A DNA stretch of 64,000 nucleotides, from assembly GCA_963848305.1 (NCBI GenBank), contig CAWKDC010000001.1, positions 96,001 through 160,000 on the forward strand, written 5' to 3'. Shown here piece by piece: positions 53,353 to 64,000 of the stretch. Each line of letters opens with the position of its first letter. Positions within the stretch are counted from its first letter, which is position 1. The position numbers and the translations under genes were made by a program. Below the pieces are notes generated by a model. That model ran no database searches. It worked only from the letters and a program-made list of their open reading frames with translations, and had not been told where the DNA came from. This stretch comes from an uncultured Gammaproteobacteria bacterium. Lineage in GTDB: Bacteria; Pseudomonadota; Gammaproteobacteria; JABCZS01.

Positions 53353-55392
53353 ATGAAAACATTGAAACAGTATCAACATTGGAATTTGAAAACTGATAAG
53401 CATGATATTCTGTGGCTTTATTTCGATAAAAAAGGGGAAAGCGCCAATACCATTAATCATGAAGTGCTGGATGAATTAGCTGATATTTTTGCAGATTGTA
53501 TAGCACATCCTCCAAAAGGGCTTGTGATTGCATCTGCCAAGAAATCTGGTTTTATTGCGGGTGCTGATGTCAGAGAAATACAACAATTAAATTCATCAGA
53601 TAAAGTTGTTGCCTTTTTAGAAAAGGGGCAAGCCGTATGTAATGCTTTGTCAAAATTACCGTGTCCAACACTTGCTTTCATTCAAGGGTTTTGTTTGGGC
53701 GGTGGATTGGAATTATCTCTATCTTGTGATTACCGCATTGCAGAAGATCGTCCGGACACCAAGATAGGTTTACCAGAAATTTTATTGGGGATTCTCCCCG
53801 GTTGGGGCGGTACAGTGCGCTTGCCGCGGTTGATTGGTTTCCCGAATGCAATGGACATGATTTTAACTGGGAAAACATTAAGTGCCAAGGCTGCAAAGGC
53901 GGTAGGTGTTGTTGATGAATGTTTGCCAGAGCGTGTCATGACATTGGCAGCAGTTAATATTCTTTTGAATAAGCCGTCTAAACATAAAGCACCTGTTTAT
54001 CATATGTTGTTTGATTTGAAACCTATGCGCATGTTGTTGGCCAGTTATTTGCGTCGAGAAGTGGGGAAACGTGCCTCTCGAGAGCATTATCCTTCTCCCT
54101 ATGCCGTGATCGATAATTTTGAAGCTTATGGTTCATCTAATGCTGGTTTTAAGGCGGAGATTAAATCCCTCTCTCATATTTCTGGTGAATCCACTGCGCA
54201 GAACTTGATCCGAATTTTCTTTTTGCAAGAAAAGTTAAAAGAAGCAGCAAAACAAGTTAAATTTAAAGCACAACACGTGCATGTCATTGGCGCTGGTACC
54301 ATGGGTGGAGATATCGCGGCGTGGTGTGCGATGCAAGGAATCCGTGTCACACTCCAAGATACTTCGATTGAACGCATTGCGCTTGTGGTTAAAAAGTTCA
54401 GTGATGATCTGAAGAAACGTGTCAAAGATCGTATTAAAATCATGCACTATCGTGATTTATTGACGCCTGATCTCAAGGGAGACGGTATCGCATTTGCAGA
54501 TGTCATCATTGAGGCGGTATTTGAAAATCTCGATGTGAAACAAACTATTTTCAGGGATGTTGAATCGCGTGCAAAACAAACCGCCATTTTGGCCACGAAT
54601 ACATCCAGCATTCCGTTGGATGACATCAATACAGTGATGAGCAATCCATCTCGTCTTGTCGGGATACATTTTTTCAATCCCGTCTCAAAAATGCAATTGG
54701 TTGAAGTGATTCATGGCAATAACACTGATGCGAATGTATTATCACAAGCAGCAGCTTTTGTACTGCAGATCAAGAAATTGCCTTTATCTGTCAAATCTGC
54801 GCCAGGTTTTCTGGTCAATCGTTGCTTAACACCGTATTTGCTTGAAGCAGTTGCATTGCTCGATGAAGGCGTTCCACCCGCTGTCATCGATAAAGCAGCG
54901 GTTGATTTTGGCATGCCCATGGGGCCGATTGAATTGGCTGATGTGGTAGGGCTTGATATTTGTTTATCGGTAGCAGAACATTTAAAAGGTAAAATTGATA
55001 TCACGATCCCTGAGGTGTTGGTAAATAAAGTTAAATCAGGACTTCTTGGTAAAAAAACAGGCAAAGGTTTTTATCAATGGCATGGCAGCAAATGCATCAA
55101 GCCTGCTGCGGCTCATCTTTCAGAGAAGTTATCTGAGGATATCATTCAAAATCGTTTGGTTTTTCGTTTATTGAATGAATCCATGGCGTGTTTAAGGGAG
55201 CATATTGTTAATAACGCCGATCATCTCGACGCAGGCATTATTTTCGGCACCGGTTTCGCGCCATTTCGTGGCGGGCCTATGCATTATGCACAAACCATTG
55301 GTTACCCACAAATAGTTGAAGCATTGAATGATTATGCAAAAGCGTATGGTGATAGATTCACTCCTGATGCAGGATGGAAGGGCGGGCAATAA
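53353..55392 (+). CDS. Enoyl-CoA hydratase / 3-hydroxyacyl-CoA dehydrogenase (FadJ/YfcX-like)
   Basis: FIAGAD, GGGLE, GLPE, GAGTMG, TNTSS, GIHFFNP. Confidence 0.93.
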   Translation: MKTLKQYQHWNLKTDKHDILWLYFDKKGESANTINHEVLDELADIFADCIAHPPKGLVIASAKKSGFIAGADVREIQQLNSSDKVVAFLEKGQAVCNALSKLPCPTLAFIQGFCLGGGLELSLSCDYRIAEDRPDTKIGLPEILLGILPGWGGTVRLPRLIGFPNAMDMILTGKTLSAKAAKAVGVVDECLPERVMTLAAVNILLNKPSKHKAPVYHMLFDLKPMRMLLASYLRREVGKRASREHYPSPYAVIDNFEAYGSSNAGFKAEIKSLSHISGESTAQNLIRIFFLQEKLKEAAKQVKFKAQHVHVIGAGTMGGDIAAWCAMQGIRVTLQDTSIERIALVVKKFSDDLKKRVKDRIKIMHYRDLLTPDLKGDGIAFADVIIEAVFENLDVKQTIFRDVESRAKQTAILATNTSSIPLDDINTVMSNPSRLVGIHFFNPVSKMQLVEVIHGNNTDANVLSQAAAFVLQIKKLPLSVKSAPGFLVNRCLTPYLLEAVALLDEGVPPAVIDKAAVDFGMPMGPIELADVVGLDICLSVAEHLKGKIDITIPEVLVNKVKSGLLGKKTGKGFYQWHGSKCIKPAAAHLSEKLSEDIIQNRLVFRLLNESMACLREHIVNNADHLDAGIIFGTGFAPFRGGPMHYAQTIGYPQIVEALNDYAKAYGDRFTPDAGWKGGQ

Positions 55393-55393
55393 C

Positions 55394-57736
55394 ATGAAGA
55401 ACATTCAGTGGCACGTTGGATCTGTTGCTGTTTTGGGTGCCGGTGTCATGGGCGCGAAGATTGCAGCATTATTTGTCAATGCAGGTTTTCCAGTTCTTTT
55501 GTTTGATCTCGCTGCAGGTGACAATAGGAATATGCTGGCAGAAGATGCTATTCGTGGTTTGCTCACGACACATCCCCCTGCATTGGTTGATCCTGCTTGG
55601 TCAAGGTACATTACGCCCGCCAACTATGAAACAGATTTAGATAAGCTAACATCCTGTAGTTTGATTATTGAAGCGATTGCTGAAAGATTAGATTGGAAAA
55701 AAGATTTATTTTATAAGATTGAATCCTTTATTTCTGAACATGCAGTATTGGCGACGAATACTTCAGGTCTCAGTATTGAGGCATTGTCAGAAGTTTTGCC
55801 ATCATCTTTGCGTTCAAGATTTCTGGGTTTGCATTTTTTCAACCCGCCACGTTATCTGACTTTGGTTGAAATGATTCCATCAACGCATACAGATCCTGAA
55901 TTGCTCGATCAACTTGAAACTTTTTTGACAATTTACCTCGGTAAAAATGTGTTGCGGGCATTTGACACGCCTAATTTTATTGGTAATCGCATGGGCGTTT
56001 TTTCGTTATTAACTACGTTGCACCATGCTGATGCATTTGATTTGCGTTTTGATCTGGTGGATGCATTAACGGGTACGTTGATTGGTCACCCTAAAAGCGC
56101 CACCTTTAGAACCTTGGATCTCGTCGGGTTAGATACATTCGCGCATGTTGTCACGACAATGGCGCGTGATCTGAAGCAAGATCCCTGGCATGCCTTGTTT
56201 AAAGTTCCAGATTGGATGAAAAAATTAATTGATAAGGGTGCTTTAGGTGAGAAATCAGGTGCAGGTATTTATAAGAAAGACAAAGGGGAATTATTCGTTT
56301 ATGATGTGAAAGATGGCACTTATAAAAAGGTTGCTGCTCAACCCAACCGTGACATCACTGATGTGCTGAAAGATCATAAAAAACCCTGTGCTTTAAAAGT
56401 AGTGTTTAACAAAAAACACCCTGAGGCTGAGTTTCTATGGGCCTATCATCGCGATGTTTGGCAATATGCTGCACATCATTTGAAGGATATTGCACATAAT
56501 GTTCGTGATGTTGATTGTGCCATGAAATGGGGTTTTGCTTGGCTACAGGGTCCTTTTGAATCTTGGCAATCTTTAGGCGTCAATGATATCGCGCAGAAAA
56601 TAGTGGATGATCCGGCATCAATGGATGTGCCTGGTGTCGGTGTTTTACCTGAATGGATTTCTTTATTGGAAAGTCAATCATTTTATGTTGATCAGACATC
56701 CTATTCTGCCCAAACAATGTCATATCAACCTCCCTCAACATTGCCTGTCTATCGACGCCAACATTTCATCATATCCAAACCAATATACGAAAATGATTTT
56801 GTCGAGATGTGGCATCACGACAATGATGTTTTTGTCTTAAGTTTTAAGTCGAAACTGGGATCGATCAGTCAGGGCGTCTTGTCAGGTATTACACGTTGTG
56901 TGGAACTTGCGTCAGAGAATGCTGCGGGACTCGTGATCTGGCAACGGCAAAGTCCTCAATTTTCTGTCGGGGCAGATATCCGTGAATTTTTGGATTCCAT
57001 GCAGAAAAAGCAATTTTCACAAATCGAACAGACGCTGAAAAACTTTCAAGACATGTGTTTATTAATACGTTACTCACGTATTCCTGTTGTTGCTGCATTG
57101 AAAGGGTATGTGTTCGGTGGAGGCTGTGAATTGGCGATGCATTGCGATAAACGTGTTGCAGCGCAGGAAACCTACATGGGGTTGGTAGAAGCGGGTGTCG
57201 GTTTATTGCCAGGTGGCGGCGGCTCGAAGGAGTGGGCGTTGCGTGCCAGTGATAATGCGCCCCAAGATCCTATGTTTTTGTTAAAGGGTTTTTTTGAACA
57301 AGTTGCTATGGGCAAGTCCAGCGACAATGCAAACATGGCTCAAAAAATGGGTTATTTATTACCCGCTGATCCCATTATCATGAACCCAAATGAATTATTA
57401 TTTGTAGCAACGCAACAAGCGATCACAATGGCGCAATCAGGATATTGTCCTCCACGTCATCCTCACATTAAAGTCGTTGGCGAATCAGGTTGGGCTGAGT
57501 TTGAAACGCAATTGGTGAATATGGTCGAAGGGAAATTTATTTCTCCTCACGATTATGCAGTGGCACATCATATTGCAAAAGTGATGTGCGGTGGCATGAT
57601 TGATACAATGAATGAAGTGGATGAGCAGTGGATGTTGCGGCTGGAGCGTGAAGGATTTGTTGAACTTGCGCAAACACCTGAAACGCAAGCCAGAATTGCC
57701 CACATGCTTGAAACAGGTAAACCGTTGAGGAATTAG
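55394..57736 (+). CDS. 3-hydroxyacyl-CoA dehydrogenase / enoyl-CoA hydratase (FadN-like, reversed domain order)
   Basis: GAGVMG, TNTSG, HFFNPPRY, GGGCE, GLVEAGVG, TGKPLRN. Confidence 0.92.
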   Translation: MKNIQWHVGSVAVLGAGVMGAKIAALFVNAGFPVLLFDLAAGDNRNMLAEDAIRGLLTTHPPALVDPAWSRYITPANYETDLDKLTSCSLIIEAIAERLDWKKDLFYKIESFISEHAVLATNTSGLSIEALSEVLPSSLRSRFLGLHFFNPPRYLTLVEMIPSTHTDPELLDQLETFLTIYLGKNVLRAFDTPNFIGNRMGVFSLLTTLHHADAFDLRFDLVDALTGTLIGHPKSATFRTLDLVGLDTFAHVVTTMARDLKQDPWHALFKVPDWMKKLIDKGALGEKSGAGIYKKDKGELFVYDVKDGTYKKVAAQPNRDITDVLKDHKKPCALKVVFNKKHPEAEFLWAYHRDVWQYAAHHLKDIAHNVRDVDCAMKWGFAWLQGPFESWQSLGVNDIAQKIVDDPASMDVPGVGVLPEWISLLESQSFYVDQTSYSAQTMSYQPPSTLPVYRRQHFIISKPIYENDFVEMWHHDNDVFVLSFKSKLGSISQGVLSGITRCVELASENAAGLVIWQRQSPQFSVGADIREFLDSMQKKQFSQIEQTLKNFQDMCLLIRYSRIPVVAALKGYVFGGGCELAMHCDKRVAAQETYMGLVEAGVGLLPGGGGSKEWALRASDNAPQDPMFLLKGFFEQVAMGKSSDNANMAQKMGYLLPADPIIMNPNELLFVATQQAITMAQSGYCPPRHPHIKVVGESGWAEFETQLVNMVEGKFISPHDYAVAHHIAKVMCGGMIDTMNEVDEQWMLRLEREGFVELAQTPETQARIAHMLETGKPLRN

Positions 57737-57739
57737 AAG

Positions 57740-58933
57740 ATGCATTCAGACGCATACATTGTTGCTGCCACTCGCACGCCTGTGGGCAAAGCGAATAAAG
57801 GTGTGTTCAAACACACGCGACCCGATGATTTGTTGACCCATGCGATCAAATCATTGGTGGCGCTCAATCCTCAAGTCGATCCTAATGAAATTGCTGATGT
57901 GGTGATCGGCTGTGCGATGCCAGAAGCAGAGCAGGGGATGAATGTGGCACGTATTGCCACTTTGCTCGCAGGTTTGCCGGTGGGTGTTCCTGGTGTCACC
58001 GTGAACCGATTTTGTGCATCAGGTATTCAATCGATTGCAATGGCAGCAGCTCATGTTCAACTTGGCCATGTCGATTGTGTGATCGCAGGTGGTGTGGAAA
58101 GCATGAGCTTTGTGTCGCTGGGTGGTCGAGAGTTAAAAACAAATCCACGCATTTTTATCCAGGATGATACCGTATCGATAGCTTATGGCATGGGCTTAAC
58201 AGCTGAGCGTGTCGCAGAAAAATGGCATATTTCTCGTGAGCGTCAAGATGCTTTTGCATTACAAAGTCATCAACGTGCGGTTGCAGCGATCAACATTGGT
58301 GCTTTCAAAGATGAAATTTCACCGATTTGGGTAGACACCCGCACGGCGAATCTTCAGCATCAGTGCATTGACATCTCACACCAACAAGTTTCAGTAGATG
58401 AAGGTCCCCGCAAAGATACCACTTTGGAACGTCTCTCTCAATTGAAGCCTGTTTTCATGAGAGGCGGCACAGTCACTGCAGGAAACAGTTCACAAATGAG
58501 CGATGGTGCTGCTGCCGTCATGATTGTCAGTGAATCATTCATGACATCGCATCAACTCAAACCCCTGGGCATCCTCCGTGGCTATGCTGTGAAAGGGGTG
58601 TCTCCTGAATATATGGGTATTGGTCCTGTGGAGGCGATCCCTGCTGCATTGAAACAGGCTGGTCTAACATTGCAAGACATGCAATGGATAGAGTTAAATG
58701 AAGCGTTTGCGGCGCAGTCGTTGGCTGTGATGGATACAATCGGTCTAAATCCAGCGATCGTGAACCCCCTCGGCGGCGCGATTGCATTGGGGCATCCACT
58801 GGGTGCAACTGGGGCGATCAGAACAGCCACTCTACTGCATGGCATGCGTCGTCAGAAACTGAGATACGGAATGGTCACAATGTGCATTGGCACTGGGATG
58901 GGTGCCGCTGCGGTTTTTGAAGCCTTATATTAA
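57740..58933 (+). CDS. Acetyl-CoA C-acyltransferase (FadA-like thiolase)
   Basis: RPDDL, NRFCASG, NEAFA, GHPLGATG, CIGTGMG. Confidence 0.93.
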   Translation: MHSDAYIVAATRTPVGKANKGVFKHTRPDDLLTHAIKSLVALNPQVDPNEIADVVIGCAMPEAEQGMNVARIATLLAGLPVGVPGVTVNRFCASGIQSIAMAAAHVQLGHVDCVIAGGVESMSFVSLGGRELKTNPRIFIQDDTVSIAYGMGLTAERVAEKWHISRERQDAFALQSHQRAVAAINIGAFKDEISPIWVDTRTANLQHQCIDISHQQVSVDEGPRKDTTLERLSQLKPVFMRGGTVTAGNSSQMSDGAAAVMIVSESFMTSHQLKPLGILRGYAVKGVSPEYMGIGPVEAIPAALKQAGLTLQDMQWIELNEAFAAQSLAVMDTIGLNPAIVNPLGGAIALGHPLGATGAIRTATLLHGMRRQKLRYGMVTMCIGTGMGAAAVFEALY

Positions 58934-59368
58934 TGGTTGTAAGGGTATATTCTGGGGGGGGGTAATATCAGGATTATCATCTTTCGTAGTGCATAGCTTA
59001 TAGGTATTCCAACCGAATGTTAGCGTTGATGCGCCCAATAGCCCACCCCACGCGATACTGAAGAAACTATCGTCTATCTCACTGGCCAATCCAAAGCCGG
59101 CTCCCAGGATCATCAACGCACTGCCGAGCAAGGATATAAGGTGTAGAGCAAGGAAACTTTTGGTGTGAGTGTCGACAGAGATCATATGAAAGAGCGATTG
59201 TATAAGGGTATGCGATAGCATACATGCCGTCCCTATGAACAAGGGTGTTATGATTGCAGGATCATCAAGGTTCCAGGCATGAAAAGTGAAAATAAGTGCT
59301 GCGGTATCTATCACTGCCAACGTACCAAGTTCAATTTTTTGGGTAGTCAGGTGATCTGTGTTTCTCAT
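58925..59368 (-). CDS. Orphan membrane protein with about four TM segments
   Basis: Four hydrophobic stretches; AAGGA RBS; convergent 9-bp overlap with the thiolase gene. Confidence 0.6.
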   Translation of the reverse strand: MRNTDHLTTQKIELGTLAVIDTAALIFTFHAWNLDDPAIITPLFIGTACMLSHTLIQSLFHMISVDTHTKSFLALHLISLLGSALMILGAGFGLASEIDDSFFSIAWGGLLGASTLTFGWNTYKLCTTKDDNPDITPPQNIPLQPLI

Positions 59369-59487
59369 GCTATTTTCCTTCAATCTAATGCTTGGAAGGA
59401 TACCACAGAAATAAGTAAGGAAGAAAGCTTTTACAGGGGGGAGATTGACACCCCCCGGTGTATATTGGTGTATAATTTGATGCTATC

Positions 59488-61252
59488 ATGCTGATGAGGT
59501 ACATATTGAAACCGTCCGACTGGTCAACCTACACCCGCCTTTTTACCTATGTTAAACGGTATTGGGGTCTTTTCCTCATTGCTGGGGTTAGCTCTGCCCT
59601 CTATTCCGCCGTGGATGCGGGGATGATCAAGCTCCTACAACCCTTGGTGGACGACGGTTTTGTGGCCCAGGACCCAGGCTTCATTAAAATGATACCTATT
59701 ATATTGCCCCTTGTATTTTTGGTGCGTGGGGTACTGAGCTTTGGGTCCGACTATAGTTTGGCCTGGTTGTCTCGAAAAGTGGTCATTGCCGTGCGTCAGG
59801 AATTGTTCAACCATTATCTCAAATTACCTGCGACATTTTTCGATCGATATTCATCAGGAGAATTATTATCCAAGCTCACCTTTAATGTGGAGCAAATTTC
59901 AAAAGCCTGCACTGATGCGATTTTAGATTCAGTCCGTAATGGCTTTTTGGTGCCTATTTTTGCTCGGTGTGATGGTGACAATCAGTTGGGAATTAACCGC
60001 GTGGTTTTTCATCAGTGCCCCGGTGCTGTATTTATTGTTTGCGATGTCCAGTTATCGATTGCGAAAATACAGTCATGATATTCAGGGTAGCATGGGACAC
60101 ATGACCCATGTCGCCGAGGAAAATATCACAGGTTACCGTGAAGTGAAAATATTTGGTGGCGAAGCGTATGAGCGCCGTCAATTTGAACAAGCAATGGAAA
60201 AAAACAGAAAAGTGGAAATGCGGTTGCAACTCACTAAATCTGTCAGCGTACCTTTGATTCAGTGGGTGGGCGGCTGCGCATTGGCATTCACGTTATTCAT
60301 TGCGACAAGCTCTGAAGGTGGAATCACGTTATCTGCCGGTGGGTTCACAAGTTTTGTCTCGGCCATGTTAGCATTGCTCAAGCCCATTAAAGAATTAACA
60401 TCGGTCAATAGTAAAATACAACGTGGGATTGCTGGCGCCCAAAGTATTTTTGCAACGCTTGATATACCCGCTGAAAAAGACACTGGTACGGTTGTGTTGA
60501 ACCGTGCAAAAGGACATATCCAGATCCAGGATTTATCATTCCAGTACACACCTGCGCACGATCCCGTTTTGCAGCATATCAACCTAACGGTTGAGCCTGA
60601 AATGCATGTGGCTATCGTGGGTAAATCTGGCAGTGGCAAAACAACTTTGGTGAATTTGCTGCCGAGATTATATGAATTTGATACTGGAGCCATCATGCTG
60701 GATGGTGTCTCTATTCGTGATATTGAGATCAAATCATTGCGACATCAATTTGCGATCGTGTCCCAGAACGTGACTTTATTCAATGACACGATTGCACGTA
60801 ACATAGCGTATGGAGAAACGGACATCGATGATGCACGAATGCTTTTGGCGGCTGAAATGGCCTTTGTCACCGAATTTTCAGATAAATTTCCTGATAAATT
60901 AAATACCTTGATCGGTGATGACGGGGTATTATTATCAGGTGGTCAGCGGCAACGTTTAGCAATTGCCCGTGCTATTTATAAAAATGCACCGATTTTAATT
61001 TTGGATGAAGCCACTTCCGCGTTGGATTCTGTTTCAGAGCGTAAAATTCAGGATGCACTCGAAGCGTTGATGAAAAATCGAACGAGCATTATCATCGCAC
61101 ACCGGCTTTCAACCATTGAAAATGCCGATAAAATTGTGGTGATGGATCAGGGGCGTATCATTGAAGAAGGTACGCATGCTTCATTGTTGTCGAATGGTAA
61201 GATTTACAAGCAGCTTCACCAATTACAGTTTAGCGATGAAAAAAATGTTTGA
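59488..61252 (+). CDS. msbA: Lipid A export ABC transporter; frameshift near 59945
   Basis: TM domain, GKSGSGKT, LSGGQRQR, ILDEATSALD, IAHRLST; directly upstream of lpxK. Confidence 0.95.
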
Positions 61253-62176
61253 AAAAGCGTGGGCGCAGCGCTCGTCGTGGCTCGTCTTGATGATACCATT
61301 ATCATATATTTATGGCGTTTTGCAATCTTTGCACCGTCAATTGTATGAATGGGGTTTTTTAAAAAAAATATCGTTTGATATCCCTGTGATTGTTGTCGGG
61401 AATATTTTTGTCGGTGGCACGGGCAAAACACCCACCGTGATTGCTTTGGCTAAACAATATTTATCTGAAGGGAAAAGGGTAGGGGTGTTGTCGCGCGGAT
61501 ATGGTGCACGCGCATCGCATTATCCTATTCTCGTGAAACCGACCGATGATGTGAGTCTAGCAGGAGATGAACCTTTACTGATTGCTGAAAGTACCCAGGC
61601 AACCGTGGTGTGTGATCCTGATCGCGTTCGTGGCGTACGCTATTTAATGGAGCTTGGGTGTGATATGATTATCTGTGATGATGGGTTACAACATTATCGC
61701 TTAAAACCTTCGAAAACCATCGCCCTGCATCCTGCTGATTGGGCGGGTTCTCCCTATTTATTACCTGCGGGTTCCTTCCGAGAACCCCTGTCTCGTTTGA
61801 AATCATTTGATCAAGTGATTATGATGGATGATTCGAAGCGGCAGCTATATTGTCGTGATGCGGACGGTCATCCAGTCAATTTCGCTGAATTGCCTCATGA
61901 TTTGCATGTGGTTGTCGGGATAGCGCAGCCGGAGCGATTGTTTCGTTTTTTAGATACTTTATCGATCCGATATGAAAAACATATTTTTCCTGATCATTAT
62001 TTGTTTAGACCTGCAGATTTTTTGAGTATCCCTGGCCCATATTAATGACCGAAAAAGATTGGGTGAAGTGCCGTGTATTTTGTAATGACGCATATATTCG
62101 CTCGTGCGTCGAAGACGTATCTTTTGTACGGGAAGTCTATATTATCGGGTATCATGTGAACCTGACGGCGGAGTGA
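61236..62176 (+). CDS. lpxK: Tetraacyldisaccharide 4'-kinase; frameshift near 62038
   Basis: VGNIFVGGTGKTP, SRGYG, GDEP, DDGLQH, FPDHY, MTEKDWVKC (shifted frame). Confidence 0.93.
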
Positions 62177-62221
62177 ATTTCAATTTATGCATTATGTTTG
62201 AACGTCTGCATGTTGAGCATT

Positions 62222-62260
62222 AGCCCCCATTTGCCACCTGCGGCGGCTACATGGGGGGCT
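62222..62260. terminator. GC-rich hairpin between convergent lpxK and rne
   Basis: AGCCCCCAT ... ATGGGGGGCT stem; no clear U-tract. Confidence 0.35.
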
Positions 62261-62307
62261 CTGCCTCTAACGCCTCTGCGAGGATGAAGAACAACCCATA
62301 TTCCGTA

Positions 62308-64000
62308 TCATTTATTATCCGTCGTCGCATTTTCACCTTTATTGCGATGATATGGGCGCAGATGATTGGCGCGACGTCTCGAAAACTTGCGTTCTTGAGG
62401 GCGTTGCTCTATCTCGCCCAGATTGCCAGCTTCATCAGCGGGGGCGTCTGATTGGATAACGGGCTGTGTGTCAGATGCGGCTTGCGCAGCAGCTGCATTC
62501 ATCGCTGTCACGTCCATCAACGTCGTTTCCTGCATCAACGGGCTGTTGATTTTAGGCACTTTGCGTTCACGGGGTGCGCGAGGCGCGGCTTTCGCCACAG
62601 GAGCCAGGGCTACTTCTACAACCGGTGCTTCATGATGCACAACAATCTCAGGTTCATCCATCATTGCTACAATGGGTGAAGGCATAGGTGTTTCATGTTT
62701 CACGAAACGGGGTGCCACTTCCCCGTCTTCTGCAAACGTATCAATGCGGGGTTGACGATCATGATCCTGACGCTTACGACGATGACCGCCATGTCCGCGA
62801 CCACGTGAGTGTTCATGACGTGGTGCGCCGGCAGCCTGACGTTCCATGGGTGAGCGGTGGTCGATATCGGGCGGTTGAATATCCAATGCGTCGATATCGT
62901 GCAGATCATCATGCTCCTCATTCATCGTCAGTGGTGCAGGCATGTCATCAAAGCGAGGCTGAGCGTCTGGGGCGCGACGGCCATCATGGCGACGCCTGTC
63001 CTGTCCAATACCGCGACGGTTGCCTTGTTGTGGGTTTGACTCATCTTCACGCACTTCATGACGTGGTTCTTGACGCACATCTTGACGGGGTGCACGGTTA
63101 TCGCGTCGATTATCCCGTGCCTCGAATTCGCCTTCAGGACGGGGCGCGCGACTATCGCGTCGATTATCCCGTGCCTCGAATTCGCCTTCAGGGCGGGGTG
63201 CGCGATTATCGCGTCGATTATCGCGACGACGTCCATAACGACCACGTCCGCCAGAGCGTTCGCTGCGTTCACCGCCTTCACGGCGTTCTTGACGTTCGCC
63301 TCGTTCACCTGATGATGCAGTAGTTGGACGTGTTGTGGCAGGCGCTTCATCTTCCTTTTCAGCTTTGAACACTGATTTGAACAGTTGAGAAATGCCATTC
63401 ACAGACTTTTGAATCAAGCTCTGCTCACGGGGTTTCACATCTGACAAGAATTGGACGACCGGTGTTTGAGGGGCTTGACGTAAAGGTTGAACATGGGTGT
63501 TTTGTTCAATAGAACGGGTGCCCATTTCCCTTGCCATTTCGAAACTGGAAGCATCGCTCATGGTGGCGCTTTCATTTTCGCGTATACGTCTGATTTGATA
63601 ATTGGGTGCTTGAATTTCAACCACAGGCATCACCACCACTTTCCTGCCGTGACGGGCTTCAAGTGCAGACAACATATTACGTTTTTCATTCGTTAAGAAT
63701 GTGGCGACATCGATAGGCAAGGCAGCATATACAGCGGCAGTGCCTTCTTTCATCGCTTCTTCTTCAATCAAGCGAATGATAGAGAGTGATAAAGACTCAA
63801 TGCTGCGAATGGAGCCTTGGCCACTGCAGCGTGGGCAGGGCTCTTGCACAGATTCGCTCAGGGATGAACGTAAACGTTGACGGGACATTTCGAGCAGGCC
63901 AAAGCGTGAAATGCGGCCAATTTGCACACGCGCCCGATCCAAGCGCATTGCATCACGGAGGCGATTTTCCACTTCACGTTGATGAGAGGTCGCCATCATG
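62308..64000 (-). CDS. rne: Ribonuclease E, C-terminal part; 5' end outside window
   Basis: DRARVQIGRISRFGLLEMSRQR, CPRCSG, amphipathic membrane-targeting helix, Arg-rich disordered tail. Confidence 0.96.
   Translation of the reverse strand, partial: MMATSHQREVENRLRDAMRLDRARVQIGRISRFGLLEMSRQRLRSSLSESVQEPCPRCSGQGSIRSIESLSLSIIRLIEEEAMKEGTAAVYAALPIDVATFLTNEKRNMLSALEARHGRKVVVMPVVEIQAPNYQIRRIRENESATMSDASSFEMAREMGTRSIEQNTHVQPLRQAPQTPVVQFLSDVKPREQSLIQKSVNGISQLFKSVFKAEKEDEAPATTRPTTASSGERGERQERREGGERSERSGGRGRYGRRRDNRRDNRAPRPEGEFEARDNRRDSRAPRPEGEFEARDNRRDNRAPRQDVRQEPRHEVREDESNPQQGNRRGIGQDRRRHDGRRAPDAQPRFDDMPAPLTMNEEHDDLHDIDALDIQPPDIDHRSPMERQAAGAPRHEHSRGRGHGGHRRKRQDHDRQPRIDTFAEDGEVAPRFVKHETPMPSPIVAMMDEPEIVVHHEAPVVEVALAPVAKAAPRAPRERKVPKINSPLMQETTLMDVTAMNAAAAQAASDTQPVIQSDAPADEAGNLGEIEQRPQERKFSRRRANHLRPYHRNKGENATTDNK
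63099..63222. repeat. 54-bp tandem repeat (about 2.3 copies) in the rne scaffold
   Basis: 18-aa unit RRDNRAPRPEGEFEARDN; units start at 63099, 63153 and 63207. Confidence 0.9.

Noticed and set aside
63099-63222. CRISPR-like repeat-spacer pattern
   Set aside because: In-frame coding repeat within rne; intervening segments are nearly identical
43522-64000. Low-GC segment as horizontally acquired island cargo
   Set aside because: Consists of core genes, begins mid-gene and shows no mobility signature

Overview
The window joins two unrelated genomes at about 43,520. Bases 1-43,520 are GC-rich and Acidobacteria-like (TIGR03435/M56-BlaI, CRTAC1, carboxypeptidase-domain TonB receptor). This part carries a Fur/PerR-rubrerythrin-Fe-S oxidoreductase-DUF3501 operon, two molybdo-hydroxylase loci, a surface lipoprotein, a sugar/2-oxoacid catabolic cluster, pgi and tRNA-His. 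After the tRNA comes an integrase- and IS630-marked island with a LarA-family sugar-acid utilisation locus. Its intergenic regions hold many REP/MITE-like palindromes. Bases 43,522-64,000 are AT-richer gammaproteobacterial DNA, Legionellales/Coxiella-like by gene content (inference): pyrD (5' part missing), tetR, plsC, slt, a five-gene beta-oxidation operon, msbA-lpxK and rne. Both genes at the junction are cut mid-ORF, so it is most likely an assembly or concatenation chimera. Many single-base frameshifts, including in msbA and lpxK, look like long-read errors. The most intriguing signal is a pair of orphan genes at 45,225-46,087. One carries eukaryotic CDK-inhibitor-like motifs (TP, PGAPRK, C-terminal RKLF) and the other a C-terminal NLS-like PAKRPRVD, so they are candidate host cell-cycle/nuclear effectors. 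All assignments are by eye from motifs; no database searches were run.
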